Source of the DNA: Bacteroidota bacterium
Lineage (GTDB): Bacteria > Bacteroidota > Bacteroidia > Flavobacteriales_D > Crocinitomicaceae
Direction of reading: 5' to 3'
Length of the DNA stretch: 58,456 bases
Assembly (NCBI GenBank): GCA_041176605.1
Contig: JBEDCS010000009.1
Location: forward strand, 1 to 58,456
The translations under genes were made by a program, and so were the position numbers. Positions 8,112 through 18,037 of the stretch are shown piece by piece. The notes under the pieces were generated by a model. It was not told the DNA's origin. It was given only the letters and a program-made list of their open reading frames with translations, and ran no database searches. The first letter of the stretch is position 1. Each line of letters opens with the position of its first letter.

Positions 8112-9341
8112 ATGAAAGAACTACTCTCCAAATTTGAAAATAAAAGACCTGAAATCGTATTTGAATGGAAAGACCCAGAAACAGAAGCTGAAGGATGGGT
8201 GGTGATCAATTCATTGCGCGGAGGAGCAGCCGGTGGCGGTACGCGCATGCGTGTAGGCCTAGATAAAAGAGAAGTAGAGTCTTTGGCAAAAACCATGGAA
8301 GTAAAGTTTACAGTGGCTGGCCCAGCAATCGGTGGTGCCAAATCCGGTATTAACTTTGATCCCAAAGATCCACGAAAAAAGGAGGTGCTAAAGCGTTGGT
8401 TTGCGGCAGTTTCTCCCCTACTCAAAACTTATTATGGCACAGGCGGTGACCTCAACGTAGACGAAATCCATGAAGTGATTCCAATGACCGAAGAGTGCGG
8501 TGTTTGGCATCCGCAAGAAGGCGTTTTCAATGGCCACTTCAAACCAAACGATACCCAAAAAATCAACCGCATCGGGCAATTGCAAAGAGGGGTTTCTAAA
8601 GTATTGATTGACGAAAAATACAGTCCTAAATTAGAAAACAACTATGTTGTAGCTGATATGATTACGGGCTACGGTGTGGCATCTTCTATTGAACATTATT
8701 ACACTTTGTGGGGCGGAGATTTAAAAGGTAAACGCGTTTTGGTACAAGGTTGGGGAAATGTTGGTTCAGCGGCAGCTTACTACTTAGCTCAAAAAGGTGC
8801 ACTTATTGTGGGCATCATTGACCGAGTTGGCGGCATCATCTCCACAGAAGGCCTTTCATTTGACGAAGTTCGCGCGCTATTTATCAATAAAAATGGCAAT
8901 GAGTTAGCTGCGTCAAACATGCTCAGTTATGAAGCAACCAACCGAGCATTTTGGTCTACTCCTGCCGATGTTTTTATCCCTTGTGCAGGCAGCCGCATGA
9001 TCAACGAAGAACAACTTGAGCAATTATTAAAAGCAGGTGTTAGCGTTATTTCATCTGGTGCCAATGTGCCATTCGCCGATCAAGAAATTTTCTTTGGCCC
9101 TATTGCCGAAAAAGCTGATGCGAACCTCGCACTTATTCCTGACTTCATTGCCAACTGTGGCATGGCAAGAGTTTTTGCCTACCTCATGAGCTCAGATCTG
9201 TCTAGCTTAGAAGATGCGCTTATTTTTGAAGACGCGAGCCAAACCATCTTCAAAGCATTACAAAAAACACAAGTTATTCATCCGGGTAAAACAGGTATTG
9301 CCAAAGCAGCTTTTGAAATTGCCCTTAAACAACTCGTTTAG
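8112..9341 (+). CDS. Glu/Leu/Phe/Val-family amino-acid dehydrogenase (glutamate dehydrogenase-like)
   Basis: GGAAGGGTRM and GGAKSGI catalytic-Lys region. Rossmann motif VQGWGNVGSAAA. Confidence 0.85.
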   Translation: MKELLSKFENKRPEIVFEWKDPETEAEGWVVINSLRGGAAGGGTRMRVGLDKREVESLAKTMEVKFTVAGPAIGGAKSGINFDPKDPRKKEVLKRWFAAVSPLLKTYYGTGGDLNVDEIHEVIPMTEECGVWHPQEGVFNGHFKPNDTQKINRIGQLQRGVSKVLIDEKYSPKLENNYVVADMITGYGVASSIEHYYTLWGGDLKGKRVLVQGWGNVGSAAAYYLAQKGALIVGIIDRVGGIISTEGLSFDEVRALFINKNGNELAASNMLSYEATNRAFWSTPADVFIPCAGSRMINEEQLEQLLKAGVSVISSGANVPFADQEIFFGPIAEKADANLALIPDFIANCGMARVFAYLMSSDLSSLEDALIFEDASQTIFKALQKTQVIHPGKTGIAKAAFEIALKQLV

Positions 9342-9346
9342 TTCGC

Positions 9347-10618
9347 ATGTCTGTAACACTATTAGTTGTTCTCATTTTTATTGTTGGTTATACAGCGATA
9401 ACACTAGAGCACACTTTAAAAATTGACAAGCTCATACCCGCTTTATTAATGATGGCTCTATCATGGGCACTCATTGCCATGGTTATACCAAACAAGGAAT
9501 ACACCAATGAAATCTTGCTGCACCATTTTGGCAAAACATCGGAAATCTTGATTTTTTTGATGGGTGCTATGGCGATTGTCGAAATGATCGATTATTTCGA
9601 TGGATTCAATAGCGTGCAGCGGCTCATCAATGTCAAAACCAATTATGGTTTGTTGTGGGTCATTTCGATACTTGCATTTGTGTTATCCGCAGTAATTGAT
9701 AACCTTACTGCAACAATTGTCTTGATTTCTATACTTCGAAAACTAGTAAAAGTCAAGGAGCTGAGGCAATGGATGGTAGGCTTTGCCGTAATTAGTGCCA
9801 ATGCAGGTGGGGCTTGGTCTCCTATTGGCGATGTCACGACAACAATGCTCTGGATTGGTGGTAAAGTAAGTGTGATGAAACTCATCGAACATTTATTGCT
9901 TCCTTCCTTACTTACTATTGTTATTCCCTTACTCATTGCTAAGCGTATTCCTATATTTAAAGGTCGTTTTGAAGTCACAGAAGTCCAAAAAACGCAGAAA
10001 AATGCGGGTTTTGTATTAGTGACGGGCTTGTTTTTGATCATCCTTGTACCTGTTTTTAAGACGGTGACACATTTACCTCCTTACATGGGGATGCTATTTT
10101 CACTTGCTATTTTTGCGCTCATTGGCGAAGTACTGAGTAAGCGTCAGCTGAACCTGAGCTCCATTGATGAAAAAAATAAAGCCGATCACGTGGGCCCTAC
10201 TTTAAAATCCCTGAGTAAAATTGAAATGCCTTCCATTTTGTTTTTTCTAGGTATTCTCATGACCGTTGCTGGCCTCGAGACAATGGGTCTCATTGAGCAA
10301 TTTGGAGAGTATATTCTTTCAACTGGAATATCTAAAGAACTTTACATTTCTTTACTAGGAATTGGTTCGGCAATTGTTGACAACGTTCCACTCGTAGCAG
10401 CATCAATGGGCATGTTCAAAGATGCCATGGATGCTGATTCGTGGCACATGATTGCTTTTGCCGCCGGAACAGGTGGTTCAATTCTCATCATAGGGTCAGC
10501 TGCCGGAGTTGTTGCAATGGGTATGGAACAAATTGCTTTTGGTTGGTATCTCAAGCGCATTGCACCTTTGGCCCTCATTGGTTACCTTTCTGGTCTAACT
10601 GCCTTTCTTTTTCTTTGA
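9347..10618 (+). CDS. nhaD: NhaD/ArsB-superfamily Na+/H+ antiporter
   Basis: 423-aa polytopic membrane protein whose N-terminus and length are typical of NhaD-family antiporters. Confidence 0.65.
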   Translation: MSVTLLVVLIFIVGYTAITLEHTLKIDKLIPALLMMALSWALIAMVIPNKEYTNEILLHHFGKTSEILIFLMGAMAIVEMIDYFDGFNSVQRLINVKTNYGLLWVISILAFVLSAVIDNLTATIVLISILRKLVKVKELRQWMVGFAVISANAGGAWSPIGDVTTTMLWIGGKVSVMKLIEHLLLPSLLTIVIPLLIAKRIPIFKGRFEVTEVQKTQKNAGFVLVTGLFLIILVPVFKTVTHLPPYMGMLFSLAIFALIGEVLSKRQLNLSSIDEKNKADHVGPTLKSLSKIEMPSILFFLGILMTVAGLETMGLIEQFGEYILSTGISKELYISLLGIGSAIVDNVPLVAASMGMFKDAMDADSWHMIAFAAGTGGSILIIGSAAGVVAMGMEQIAFGWYLKRIAPLALIGYLSGLTAFLFL

Positions 10619-10626
10619 CTGAAAAA

Positions 10627-11838
10627 TTGAACAAAAATCAAACATATTTAGAAAGTGTAGCGTGGCTCTTCGCCAAATTCCCCGCTTACCAGCAAATTGG
10701 TGCAAGTGCATACAAACCGGGCCTAGAGCGAGTTTTCTTGCTACTAGAACAACTGAAAATTGAGCCACAGCAAATACCAAGCATTCATATTGCCGGCACT
10801 AACGGTAAAGGGAGCACAGCTGCCTATTGTGCGAGTATATTGACAGAAAAACAATACAAAGTTGGGCTCTTTACCTCACCACATATTTACGACTTTTCAG
10901 AGCGCATACGCATCAACGGGCAAGTAATTTCTTCTGATTTTGTTGTCCAATTTTGTCGCGACATCCAAATAAAATTACCCGAGCTCGACGCCAGCTTTTT
11001 TGAGTTGACCTTTGCGATGGCACTCGCCTATTTTCAAGACCAAAACTGTGATTTTATGGTGATCGAAACAGGTTTGGGTGGTCGGCTAGATGCCACCAAT
11101 GTAATAGTTCCACGTGTATCCATCATCACCAATATTTCATTAGACCACCAAGAGTTTCTCGGAAACACGCTAGGTGAAATTGCTTTTGAAAAAGCCGGGA
11201 TCATTAAAACAAATGTACCCGTTGTGATCGGTGAGAAAAGCAAGGATACCGTTAAAGTGTTTGAGCAATACGCACAATCCTTACACGCCCCGATTTATTT
11301 TGCCGAAGGGTTCCCCATTGATCCGCAATTTTTGACCGGGGTTCAGGGCTACGCAAAACAAAACCTGAAGAATGCTCTAGTGAGCCTCACCCTATTAGGT
11401 GAGCAATTAACGCCACAACTTATTTCCATTTCACTTCAAAATCTTTTTAAAAATACAGGGCATTTTGGGCGCCTAGAGCTGGTGCAACAACAACCAAAAG
11501 TACTTGTCGATGTATCGCACAACACAGCTGGTATAGAGGCCACGTTGCGAATCATCGAAAAAGAACTTGTAGGTAAGCTTTACATCATTTACGGTGCTTC
11601 TAAAGATAAAAATGCGGCTGAAATCCTTGCGCTTTTTCCAAAAGATGCTGAAATAGCTGCTTGTACCTTTCAGAATTTAAGGAGTAAAACAAATGAAGAT
11701 TGGCAAAGCCTCGGCATCGAAACCATCTATGACGACATCAATGTGGCAAAAGCAAGCTTGCTAGCACAAATGAATTCAAATGACCTCTTATGGATCACGG
11801 GTAGCTTTTTTTTAATCGCTGACCTCGAACAAGAATAA
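10627..11838 (+). CDS. folC: Folylpolyglutamate synthase / dihydrofolate synthase
   Basis: P-loop IAGTNGKGST of Mur-ligase type. Probable TTG start at 10627 (MNKNQTYLESV...). The track's 10441 start is an out-of-frame run through the nhaD 3' end. Confidence 0.85.
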   Translation: MNKNQTYLESVAWLFAKFPAYQQIGASAYKPGLERVFLLLEQLKIEPQQIPSIHIAGTNGKGSTAAYCASILTEKQYKVGLFTSPHIYDFSERIRINGQVISSDFVVQFCRDIQIKLPELDASFFELTFAMALAYFQDQNCDFMVIETGLGGRLDATNVIVPRVSIITNISLDHQEFLGNTLGEIAFEKAGIIKTNVPVVIGEKSKDTVKVFEQYAQSLHAPIYFAEGFPIDPQFLTGVQGYAKQNLKNALVSLTLLGEQLTPQLISISLQNLFKNTGHFGRLELVQQQPKVLVDVSHNTAGIEATLRIIEKELVGKLYIIYGASKDKNAAEILALFPKDAEIAACTFQNLRSKTNEDWQSLGIETIYDDINVAKASLLAQMNSNDLLWITGSFFLIADLEQE

Positions 11839-11849
11839 GATTTTTAAAG

Positions 11850-11857
11850 TATCTTTG
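11850..11857 (+). promoter_or_regulatory. -7 box TATCTTTG placed 5 nt before the pyrR ATG (predicts a leaderless mRNA)
   Basis: TATCTTTG-cctta-ATG within the 24-nt folC-pyrR spacer. Confidence 0.4.
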
Positions 11858-11862
11858 CCTTA

Positions 11863-12423
11863 ATGGAAAAGCAAGTCATACTCAATGCAACCCAGCTCGA
11901 ACTGACGCTCAAAAGGCTTGCCCATGAACTTGTTGAAACCCACCACGACTTCCAAAATTCTGTGCTCATAGGGCTTCAGCCCCGCGGTATTCATGTGGCT
12001 GCACGCATCAAAGCGCAACTAGAAGCCATTCTCGGACACACCGTGCAAGCTGGTTCACTTGACATCACTTTTCACCGCGATGACTTTCGTCGCCGAGAAA
12101 CACCGCTCTTGCCAAGTGTTACCAACATCGATTTTTCTATAGAAAACAAACGCATCATCCTACTCGATGATGTTCTCTTTACAGGGCGCACCATCAGAGC
12201 AGGCCTCGATGCCTTGCTTACCTTTGGCCGTCCGTCGCAGGTTCAATTACTCACCCTCATTGACCGCCGCTACAGCCGTGACCTCCCTATTCAGGCAGAT
12301 TACGTTGGCAAGACCGTCGATACCCTGGCCTCTGAAAGAGTAGCTGTCGAGTGGAAAGAAACCGAAGGAGCAGATTGCGTCTTATTATTTACAAAAGAAG
12401 GAAATGAAACAGCTCAGCGTTGA
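11863..12423 (+). CDS. pyrR: PyrR (uracil phosphoribosyltransferase / pyrimidine operon regulator family)
   Basis: PRPP-binding motif ILLDDVLFTGRTIRA. 186 aa. Overlaps pyrB by 20 nt. Confidence 0.9.
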   Translation: MEKQVILNATQLELTLKRLAHELVETHHDFQNSVLIGLQPRGIHVAARIKAQLEAILGHTVQAGSLDITFHRDDFRRRETPLLPSVTNIDFSIENKRIILLDDVLFTGRTIRAGLDALLTFGRPSQVQLLTLIDRRYSRDLPIQADYVGKTVDTLASERVAVEWKETEGADCVLLFTKEGNETAQR

Positions 12424-13333
12424 TCACCTTACAGGCATCATTGACCTCAGTCGTCAAGATATCGAACTCATCCTCGATACAGCATCCCGTTTCAAAGAAG
12501 TGATCAACAGACCAATCAAAAAGGTTCCTTCCTTGCGCGATATCACCATCGCCAATGTATTTTTTGAAAACTCTACCCGTACGCGTTTGTCTTTCGAATT
12601 AGCCGAAAAAAGACTTTCAGCAGATGTTGTTAATTTCAGTGCAGCGGGCTCATCTGTCAAAAAAGGCGAAACCTTAGTAGATACGGTTAACAACATCTTG
12701 GCCATGAAAGTCGATATGGTAGTCATGCGTCATCCAAACCCAGGAGCTGCCAAATTTCTTTCTCAAAAAATCAAAGCAAGGGTTGTCAATGCAGGTGACG
12801 GCACCCATGAACATCCCACACAAGCACTTCTAGATGCCTTTTCAATTCGTGAAAAACTCGGTTCTGTAGAAGGGAAAAAAGTAGTCATCGTCGGCGATAT
12901 CCTGCATTCCAGAGTTGCTCTCAGCAATATCTATTGTCTTCAAAAACTTGGTGCTGAAGTCATGGTATGTGGTCCTAGCACCCTCATTCCAAAATATATT
13001 TCTGAACTCGGAGTTAAAGTATCCCATAACCTACGTGAGGCACTTGAATGGTGCGACGTCGCCAATATGTTGCGCATTCAGCTCGAACGCCAAGACATTA
13101 AGTTCTTCCCTTCATTGCGTGAATACGCAGCACTTTTCGGGCTCAATAAAGAGCTGCTCGATAGCTTGTCTAAAGAAATCATCGTGATGCACCCAGGCCC
13201 TATCAATCGTGGCGTTGAAATCACAAGTGATGTCGCTGATTCGAAGCAAAGTATCATCCTCGACCAAGTTGAAAATGGAGTAGCGGTGCGCATGGCCGTA
13301 ATTTATTTGCTTGCTGCAAAAATCGAAAGATAA
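12404..13333 (+). CDS. pyrB: Aspartate carbamoyltransferase catalytic subunit
   Basis: FFENSTRTRLSFE carbamoyl-phosphate motif and HPxQ motif (HEHPTQALLD). Confidence 0.92.
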   Translation: MKQLSVDHLTGIIDLSRQDIELILDTASRFKEVINRPIKKVPSLRDITIANVFFENSTRTRLSFELAEKRLSADVVNFSAAGSSVKKGETLVDTVNNILAMKVDMVVMRHPNPGAAKFLSQKIKARVVNAGDGTHEHPTQALLDAFSIREKLGSVEGKKVVIVGDILHSRVALSNIYCLQKLGAEVMVCGPSTLIPKYISELGVKVSHNLREALEWCDVANMLRIQLERQDIKFFPSLREYAALFGLNKELLDSLSKEIIVMHPGPINRGVEITSDVADSKQSIILDQVENGVAVRMAVIYLLAAKIER

Positions 13334-13362
13334 TTTTTCTACTTTTGACTAAATCATTGTCA

Positions 13363-13704
13363 ATGAATTTTACGGTAGACCCTCAGGGTGAAATTGTTAT
13401 TGTTACCTGTGAAGTTGAAAAACTTGACGCCAACAATGCCCCTGAACTTAAGGCGCATTTTCTACAACTCAACAAAGTAGGCACCAATTTCATCGTACTT
13501 GATCTCAGCAAAACCAAATACTGTGACTCCTCTGGCCTTTCTGCTGTCTTGATTGCCAACAGACTCTGTAAAGATACCAACGGTGGCTTTGCATTAACTG
13601 GTCTTCAACCAAGTGTACGCAAGTTAGTAGAAATCGCACAGCTCGATAAAGTACTCATGATTGGTCATTCTAAAAACGACGCCCTAGACTTACTTGCCAA
13701 GTGA
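13363..13704 (+). CDS. STAS-domain protein (anti-sigma-factor antagonist family)
   Basis: Conserved phosphorylatable-Ser region YCDSSGLSAVL. About 113 aa from ATG 13363. Confidence 0.75.
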   Translation: MNFTVDPQGEIVIVTCEVEKLDANNAPELKAHFLQLNKVGTNFIVLDLSKTKYCDSSGLSAVLIANRLCKDTNGGFALTGLQPSVRKLVEIAQLDKVLMIGHSKNDALDLLAK

Positions 13705-14630
13705 GTTTTGAACTCCATATTCTAGGTTCTGGCGCGGCCTTACCAACAGGCAAACGCAATGCAAGTGCCCAATATATCAATTGCAACGAGCGTCATATTT
13801 TGATTGATTGTGCCGAAGGAACCCAACAACAACTCCGAAAATTTGGGCACAAACTTCAGAAAATTCAGCTCATCTTGATTTCTCACCTACACGGTGATCA
13901 TTTCTTTGGCTTACCTGGCTTGCTCTCCACGATGCATTTACTGGGCCGCGACAAACGCCTCGATATTTTCGGGCCGCCGGGTCTAGAGCAGCTCATCAAA
14001 AACATGCTCGAAGCAGGAGGGCATCCTATTCAATTTAACTTGGTTTTTCACGAACTTGTGCCCGGGCCAAGTACCCTTATTTTTGAAGATCGCCTGATTC
14101 AAATTGAAGCATTTGCACTCAAGCACCGCATCCCAACCCTTGGCTATAAAATTTCAGAAAAACAAAAATTGCTGAATCTCGACAAAACAGCCATTGCTCA
14201 GGACGCATTGCTCATTGAGGACCTTCCCAAACTAAAAGCCGGCAAAAATATTGAAAGAAACGGCAAAGTATATAATTATCAGGACTACACCTTACCCGCA
14301 ATACCAAGTTATTCATATGCTTACTGCTCGGATACAAAACCGGCTTTGGCATATTTAGAGGCGATCCAAAACTGCGATCTTTTGTATCATGAAGCCACCT
14401 TTACAGAGCAGCACAAAGAACGCGCAAAAAGCACCTATCATTCCACCGCTCAACAAGCTGCCAAACAAGCAAAAGAGGCACGGTGCAAACATTTGATCTT
14501 GGGGCATTTCTCCTCGAGGTATGATGATACAGAGCTGCATTTAAAGGAAGCAAAAGCAATTCATAATGCCGTAATTGCTGCTGAAGATGGCTTGCATATT
14601 GTGCTGGGCGCCTGGAGTAATTATTTTTGA
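13701..14630 (+). CDS. rnz: Ribonuclease Z (metallo-beta-lactamase fold)
   Basis: HLHGDH zinc motif. GTG start overlapping the STAS gene stop (GTGA). Confidence 0.9.
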   Translation: MSFELHILGSGAALPTGKRNASAQYINCNERHILIDCAEGTQQQLRKFGHKLQKIQLILISHLHGDHFFGLPGLLSTMHLLGRDKRLDIFGPPGLEQLIKNMLEAGGHPIQFNLVFHELVPGPSTLIFEDRLIQIEAFALKHRIPTLGYKISEKQKLLNLDKTAIAQDALLIEDLPKLKAGKNIERNGKVYNYQDYTLPAIPSYSYAYCSDTKPALAYLEAIQNCDLLYHEATFTEQHKERAKSTYHSTAQQAAKQAKEARCKHLILGHFSSRYDDTELHLKEAKAIHNAVIAAEDGLHIVLGAWSNYF

Positions 14631-15697
14631 GCGCGTCTGTAAAAAACCAAGGCAATCAATGCAAAAAGTATGTTTGGTAACCACACGGCAAGAATGGTAG
14701 ATAAACCTACTTTGGTCGCTGCCACCGTTAGCATTTTCATCGCAAAGATATAGACAAACACAAATGCCAATCCTATGGCAATATTCAAGCCGATTCCGCC
14801 TCGTTTTTTTTGCGATGCAACCGAAACACCAATAATTGTCAAGATATACGTCGCAAATGGGAAAGCTGTTCTGGTGTGCAACTCAATTTCAAACTCTGGA
14901 ACTAGCTTTGAACCCTTGATTTTTTCGCGCTCAATGGCTGCTTTTAATTCAGAGTAGGTCAAGGCTTGTGCTGCATTATCCCTTTGCGCCATTTCATCGA
15001 TGCGGTAACTGAAAGTGGTGTCTTTTGTTTGACCATGTACCAAAAGACCTTTAGGGAAGCGATAATCCTTTTCATAATAGTCAGTAAGCCTCCATTTATT
15101 GGTCCCAGGAGTATTTTGAGCAAAACGCGCACGCAAAAAATAAATGGGCTCTTGATTTTTGGACCATTTTTGAATGGTGAGGTCATGTATGCGTTGATCT
15201 TGACCGGAATAATTGGAGAAATAGACCAATTCGTTGCCCGGATATTCGGCCTGATAGTTGTCTACTGTAAGGATGTCTCGGTAATATTTTTCTTCAAATG
15301 CCAAGCGCACTTTGTTGGTCCTAGGTACGACAAAATGGTTGATGATCAAAGAAAAGATCGTGAGGATGGTGGCCCCAATAAAATAAGGTCTTAAAAAGCG
15401 TGAAACAGGCCTCCCCGAAAACCAAATCGGAATGATTTCTGTGTCTTGGGCCATTTTAGCCGTGAACCAAATCACGGATAAAAAAATGATCATCGAAGAA
15501 AAGGTGTTCCCGTAGTACAAAACAAAAGTGACGTAATACTTGAAAAAGATTTCGTTGATTGGCGCCTGATTTGAAATGAATTCGCTCAGCTTCTCGGAAA
15601 TATCAAAAACAACAGATAGGAGCATGATCAGGCCCAGCATGAAAAAAAACGTGCCGAGAAATTTCTTGATGATATAGCGGTCTATCAGTTTGAGCAT
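14621..15697 (-). CDS. LptF/LptG-family LPS export permease (YjgP/YjgQ)
   Basis: N-terminal MLKLIDRYIIKKFLGTFFF signature. 358 aa, multi-TM. Confidence 0.85.
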   Translation of the reverse strand: MLKLIDRYIIKKFLGTFFFMLGLIMLLSVVFDISEKLSEFISNQAPINEIFFKYYVTFVLYYGNTFSSMIIFLSVIWFTAKMAQDTEIIPIWFSGRPVSRFLRPYFIGATILTIFSLIINHFVVPRTNKVRLAFEEKYYRDILTVDNYQAEYPGNELVYFSNYSGQDQRIHDLTIQKWSKNQEPIYFLRARFAQNTPGTNKWRLTDYYEKDYRFPKGLLVHGQTKDTTFSYRIDEMAQRDNAAQALTYSELKAAIEREKIKGSKLVPEFEIELHTRTAFPFATYILTIIGVSVASQKKRGGIGLNIAIGLAFVFVYIFAMKMLTVAATKVGLSTILAVWLPNILFALIALVFYRRAQK

Positions 15698-15698
15698 C

Positions 15699-16829
15699 TT
15701 ACAGACGTTGTCCGAGTTTTTGAACCACTTGATTTTTCCAGGTTAAAAATTCTCCGCTGGCAATCTTTTCACGGGCCACCCTCATGAGTTCTAAATAAAA
15801 AGCCAAATTATGGATAGTGGCAATCTGAATGCCTAAATATTCACCAGTCTTGATAAGGTGTCGCAGATAGGCTTTCGTATAGACTTGATCTACCCAAACC
15901 GAGCTACTCGGATCTAGTGAACTAAAATCTTTGGCCCATTTTTCATTTTTAATATTGATGGTGCCTTCCCAAGTATACAAAAGGCCGTGTCTGGCATTTC
16001 TGCTTGGCATCACACAATCAAACATATCGACACCTAGCGCAATACATTCTAGTAAATTGATGGGAGTCCCGACCCCCATTAGATATCTTGGTTTGTCTTT
16101 GGGTAAAATATTACAGACAAGATCTGTCATTTCATAGAGGTCTTCATCGGGTTCACCTACAGAAAGTCCACCAATAGCATTTCCGACGGCATCAAATGCT
16201 GAAATAGCATGCGCCGAGGCTTCTCTGAGATCTTTGTAGGTACTGCCCTGCACAATCGGAAATAAAGCTTGCTCATAACCATACTTTGGTTCCGACTCAT
16301 CCATCGCAGTAAAGCAACGTTGCAACCAGCGGTGCGTGAGGTGCATGGATCTTTTTGCATATGCATAATCGCAAGGATACGGCGTACATTCATCAAATGC
16401 CATGATGATATCAGCGCCTATGCTGCGTTGAATTTCAATGGCGCGCTCTGGCGTGAAAAAATGATAGCTGCCGTCAATGTGTGATTGAAACTTGACCCCT
16501 TCTTCTTGTATTTTTCTTGAACCTGATAACGAATAAACCTGATAACCCCCGCTATCCGTTAAAATAGGGCGCTCCCAACCAATAAATTGATGCAAGCCAC
16601 CTGCTGCTTCAAGGACATCTGTACCCGGACGCAAAAATAAATGATAGGTATTACCCAAAATAATTTGAGCATTGATGTCATCGCGCAATTCTTGTTGGTG
16701 CACCCCTTTTACAGAACCAACCGTTCCGACTGGCATAAAAATCGGTGTTTCTATGGTTCCATGAGCAGTATGCAGCCTTCCTAAGCGTGCTTTTGTATGT
16801 GGATCTTGGTGTAAAAGGTCAAAGTGCAT
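15699..16829 (-). CDS. tgt: tRNA-guanine transglycosylase
   Basis: ...TPIFMPVGT..., DCVMPSRNARHG zinc-site region. ATG 16829 is chosen because a -7 box (TATCTTTG, minus strand 16854-16861) covers the track's start at 16856. Confidence 0.92.
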   Translation of the reverse strand: MHFDLLHQDPHTKARLGRLHTAHGTIETPIFMPVGTVGSVKGVHQQELRDDINAQIILGNTYHLFLRPGTDVLEAAGGLHQFIGWERPILTDSGGYQVYSLSGSRKIQEEGVKFQSHIDGSYHFFTPERAIEIQRSIGADIIMAFDECTPYPCDYAYAKRSMHLTHRWLQRCFTAMDESEPKYGYEQALFPIVQGSTYKDLREASAHAISAFDAVGNAIGGLSVGEPDEDLYEMTDLVCNILPKDKPRYLMGVGTPINLLECIALGVDMFDCVMPSRNARHGLLYTWEGTINIKNEKWAKDFSSLDPSSSVWVDQVYTKAYLRHLIKTGEYLGIQIATIHNLAFYLELMRVAREKIASGEFLTWKNQVVQKLGQRL

Positions 16830-16900
16830 AAAAATGTTGAAAAATACCTGAGGCAAAGATACGTGTATTTGATTTGACTAAACATCTTTGTAGTCTACAG

Positions 16901-18037
16901 ATGGAACTCATACCCAATTTTAAACTAGACTACTGGACACTCCTATTTGTGTTGCTTTGCCTTTTAGCGAGTATTCAGCTTTTTTATACTTTTCAATTTT
17001 ATGCCCGCTGGGCATTTTACAAAAAGAAGCATCCTCAACAACAACCGCAGTTTCCACCAGTATCTGTTATTATTGCTGCTCGCAATGAATCAGATAACCT
17101 CTATGAAAACCTGCCCCATGTATTATGTCAAGACTACCCCGATTTTGAAGTAATTGTGGTCAATAATCAAAGTATTGACGACAGCAACTGGATTCTAATT
17201 GCGTTTGCCCGTCAATTTCCGCGCTTAAAAGTTGTTGAGCTGAGTAAAAGCCCACACCTCAGACCAGGCAAAAAACTACCTATCACACTTGCTATCAAAG
17301 CAGCGAAGCACGAACATTTTGTACTTACTGATGCCGATTGCAAACCCGCCTCAAGTTCATGGCTGAAAGACATGATGTCTGCTCGTTCGACCCAACAAGA
17401 ACTCGTTATTGGCTATAGTCCTTTTTCAAAAGAAAAGGGTTTCTTGAATCGCTTGGTTCGTTATGACAATACATGGCTAGCTGCTTCCTCCAATGCCTAT
17501 GCGCTCGGTAATTTACCCTACAAAGCCAATGGTCGTAACATCGCTTACAGCAAACAACTTTTTCAAAAGACCAACGGCTTCAAAAATCATTATGCCATTA
17601 TCCCTGGTGATGACGACCTCTTTTTGAATGATGCCATACGCTATACCAAACCAGCTTTGTGTACCGAAACAAGTGCTTTTGTACATGCCCACGCGCCAAA
17701 AACATGGAGTGCTTGGTTGCGCCAAAAGGCCAAACACCATGCTACTGCTGCACGTTACAGCTTTATTAAAAGACTGTTGTTAGGAATCTATCCAACGAGT
17801 GTGGTTTTACTATGGATATCTTTTGTTGCTTTGTTGTTCAATAAAGCATTCCTTCCCTTAAGCGGAGGCATCTTTTTGGGAACACTTGTCATTAAATGGT
17901 GGTTGCAGGGTCGTGGCATCAATAAATTGGGTGAGAAAAAACTCGGTTTATTCTTTCCATTTTGGGACCTCCTGCATAGCATCTTAATGCCAGTCATTTA
18001 TTACATATCCGAAAGGCAAAAGTATTACCGATGGTAG
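16901..18037 (+). CDS. Family 2 glycosyltransferase, membrane-anchored
   Basis: GT2 signature VSVIIAARNE...DADC with C-terminal TM helices. ATG 16901. Confidence 0.8.
   Translation: MELIPNFKLDYWTLLFVLLCLLASIQLFYTFQFYARWAFYKKKHPQQQPQFPPVSVIIAARNESDNLYENLPHVLCQDYPDFEVIVVNNQSIDDSNWILIAFARQFPRLKVVELSKSPHLRPGKKLPITLAIKAAKHEHFVLTDADCKPASSSWLKDMMSARSTQQELVIGYSPFSKEKGFLNRLVRYDNTWLAASSNAYALGNLPYKANGRNIAYSKQLFQKTNGFKNHYAIIPGDDDLFLNDAIRYTKPALCTETSAFVHAHAPKTWSAWLRQKAKHHATAARYSFIKRLLLGIYPTSVVLLWISFVALLFNKAFLPLSGGIFLGTLVIKWWLQGRGINKLGEKKLGLFFPFWDLLHSILMPVIYYISERQKYYRW

Noticed and set aside
10441-10626. The track's long N-terminal extensions for folC (10441), murF (28691), asd (to 57519), the NUDIX gene (to 39885), the dioxygenase gene (to 5855), the nuclease gene (to 32569) and the 129-aa ORF (to 49384).
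   Set aside because: The extensions run through neighbouring genes, terminators or promoter boxes and encode non-homologous, Cys/Arg-rich sequence. Internal starts match the conserved N-termini of the families.
11839-11862. Searched for a PyrR-binding attenuator (anti-antiterminator hairpin) upstream of pyrR-pyrB.
   Set aside because: The folC-pyrR spacer is only 24 nt, with no room for a leader structure. PyrR here may act only as a UPRTase, or it may regulate elsewhere.
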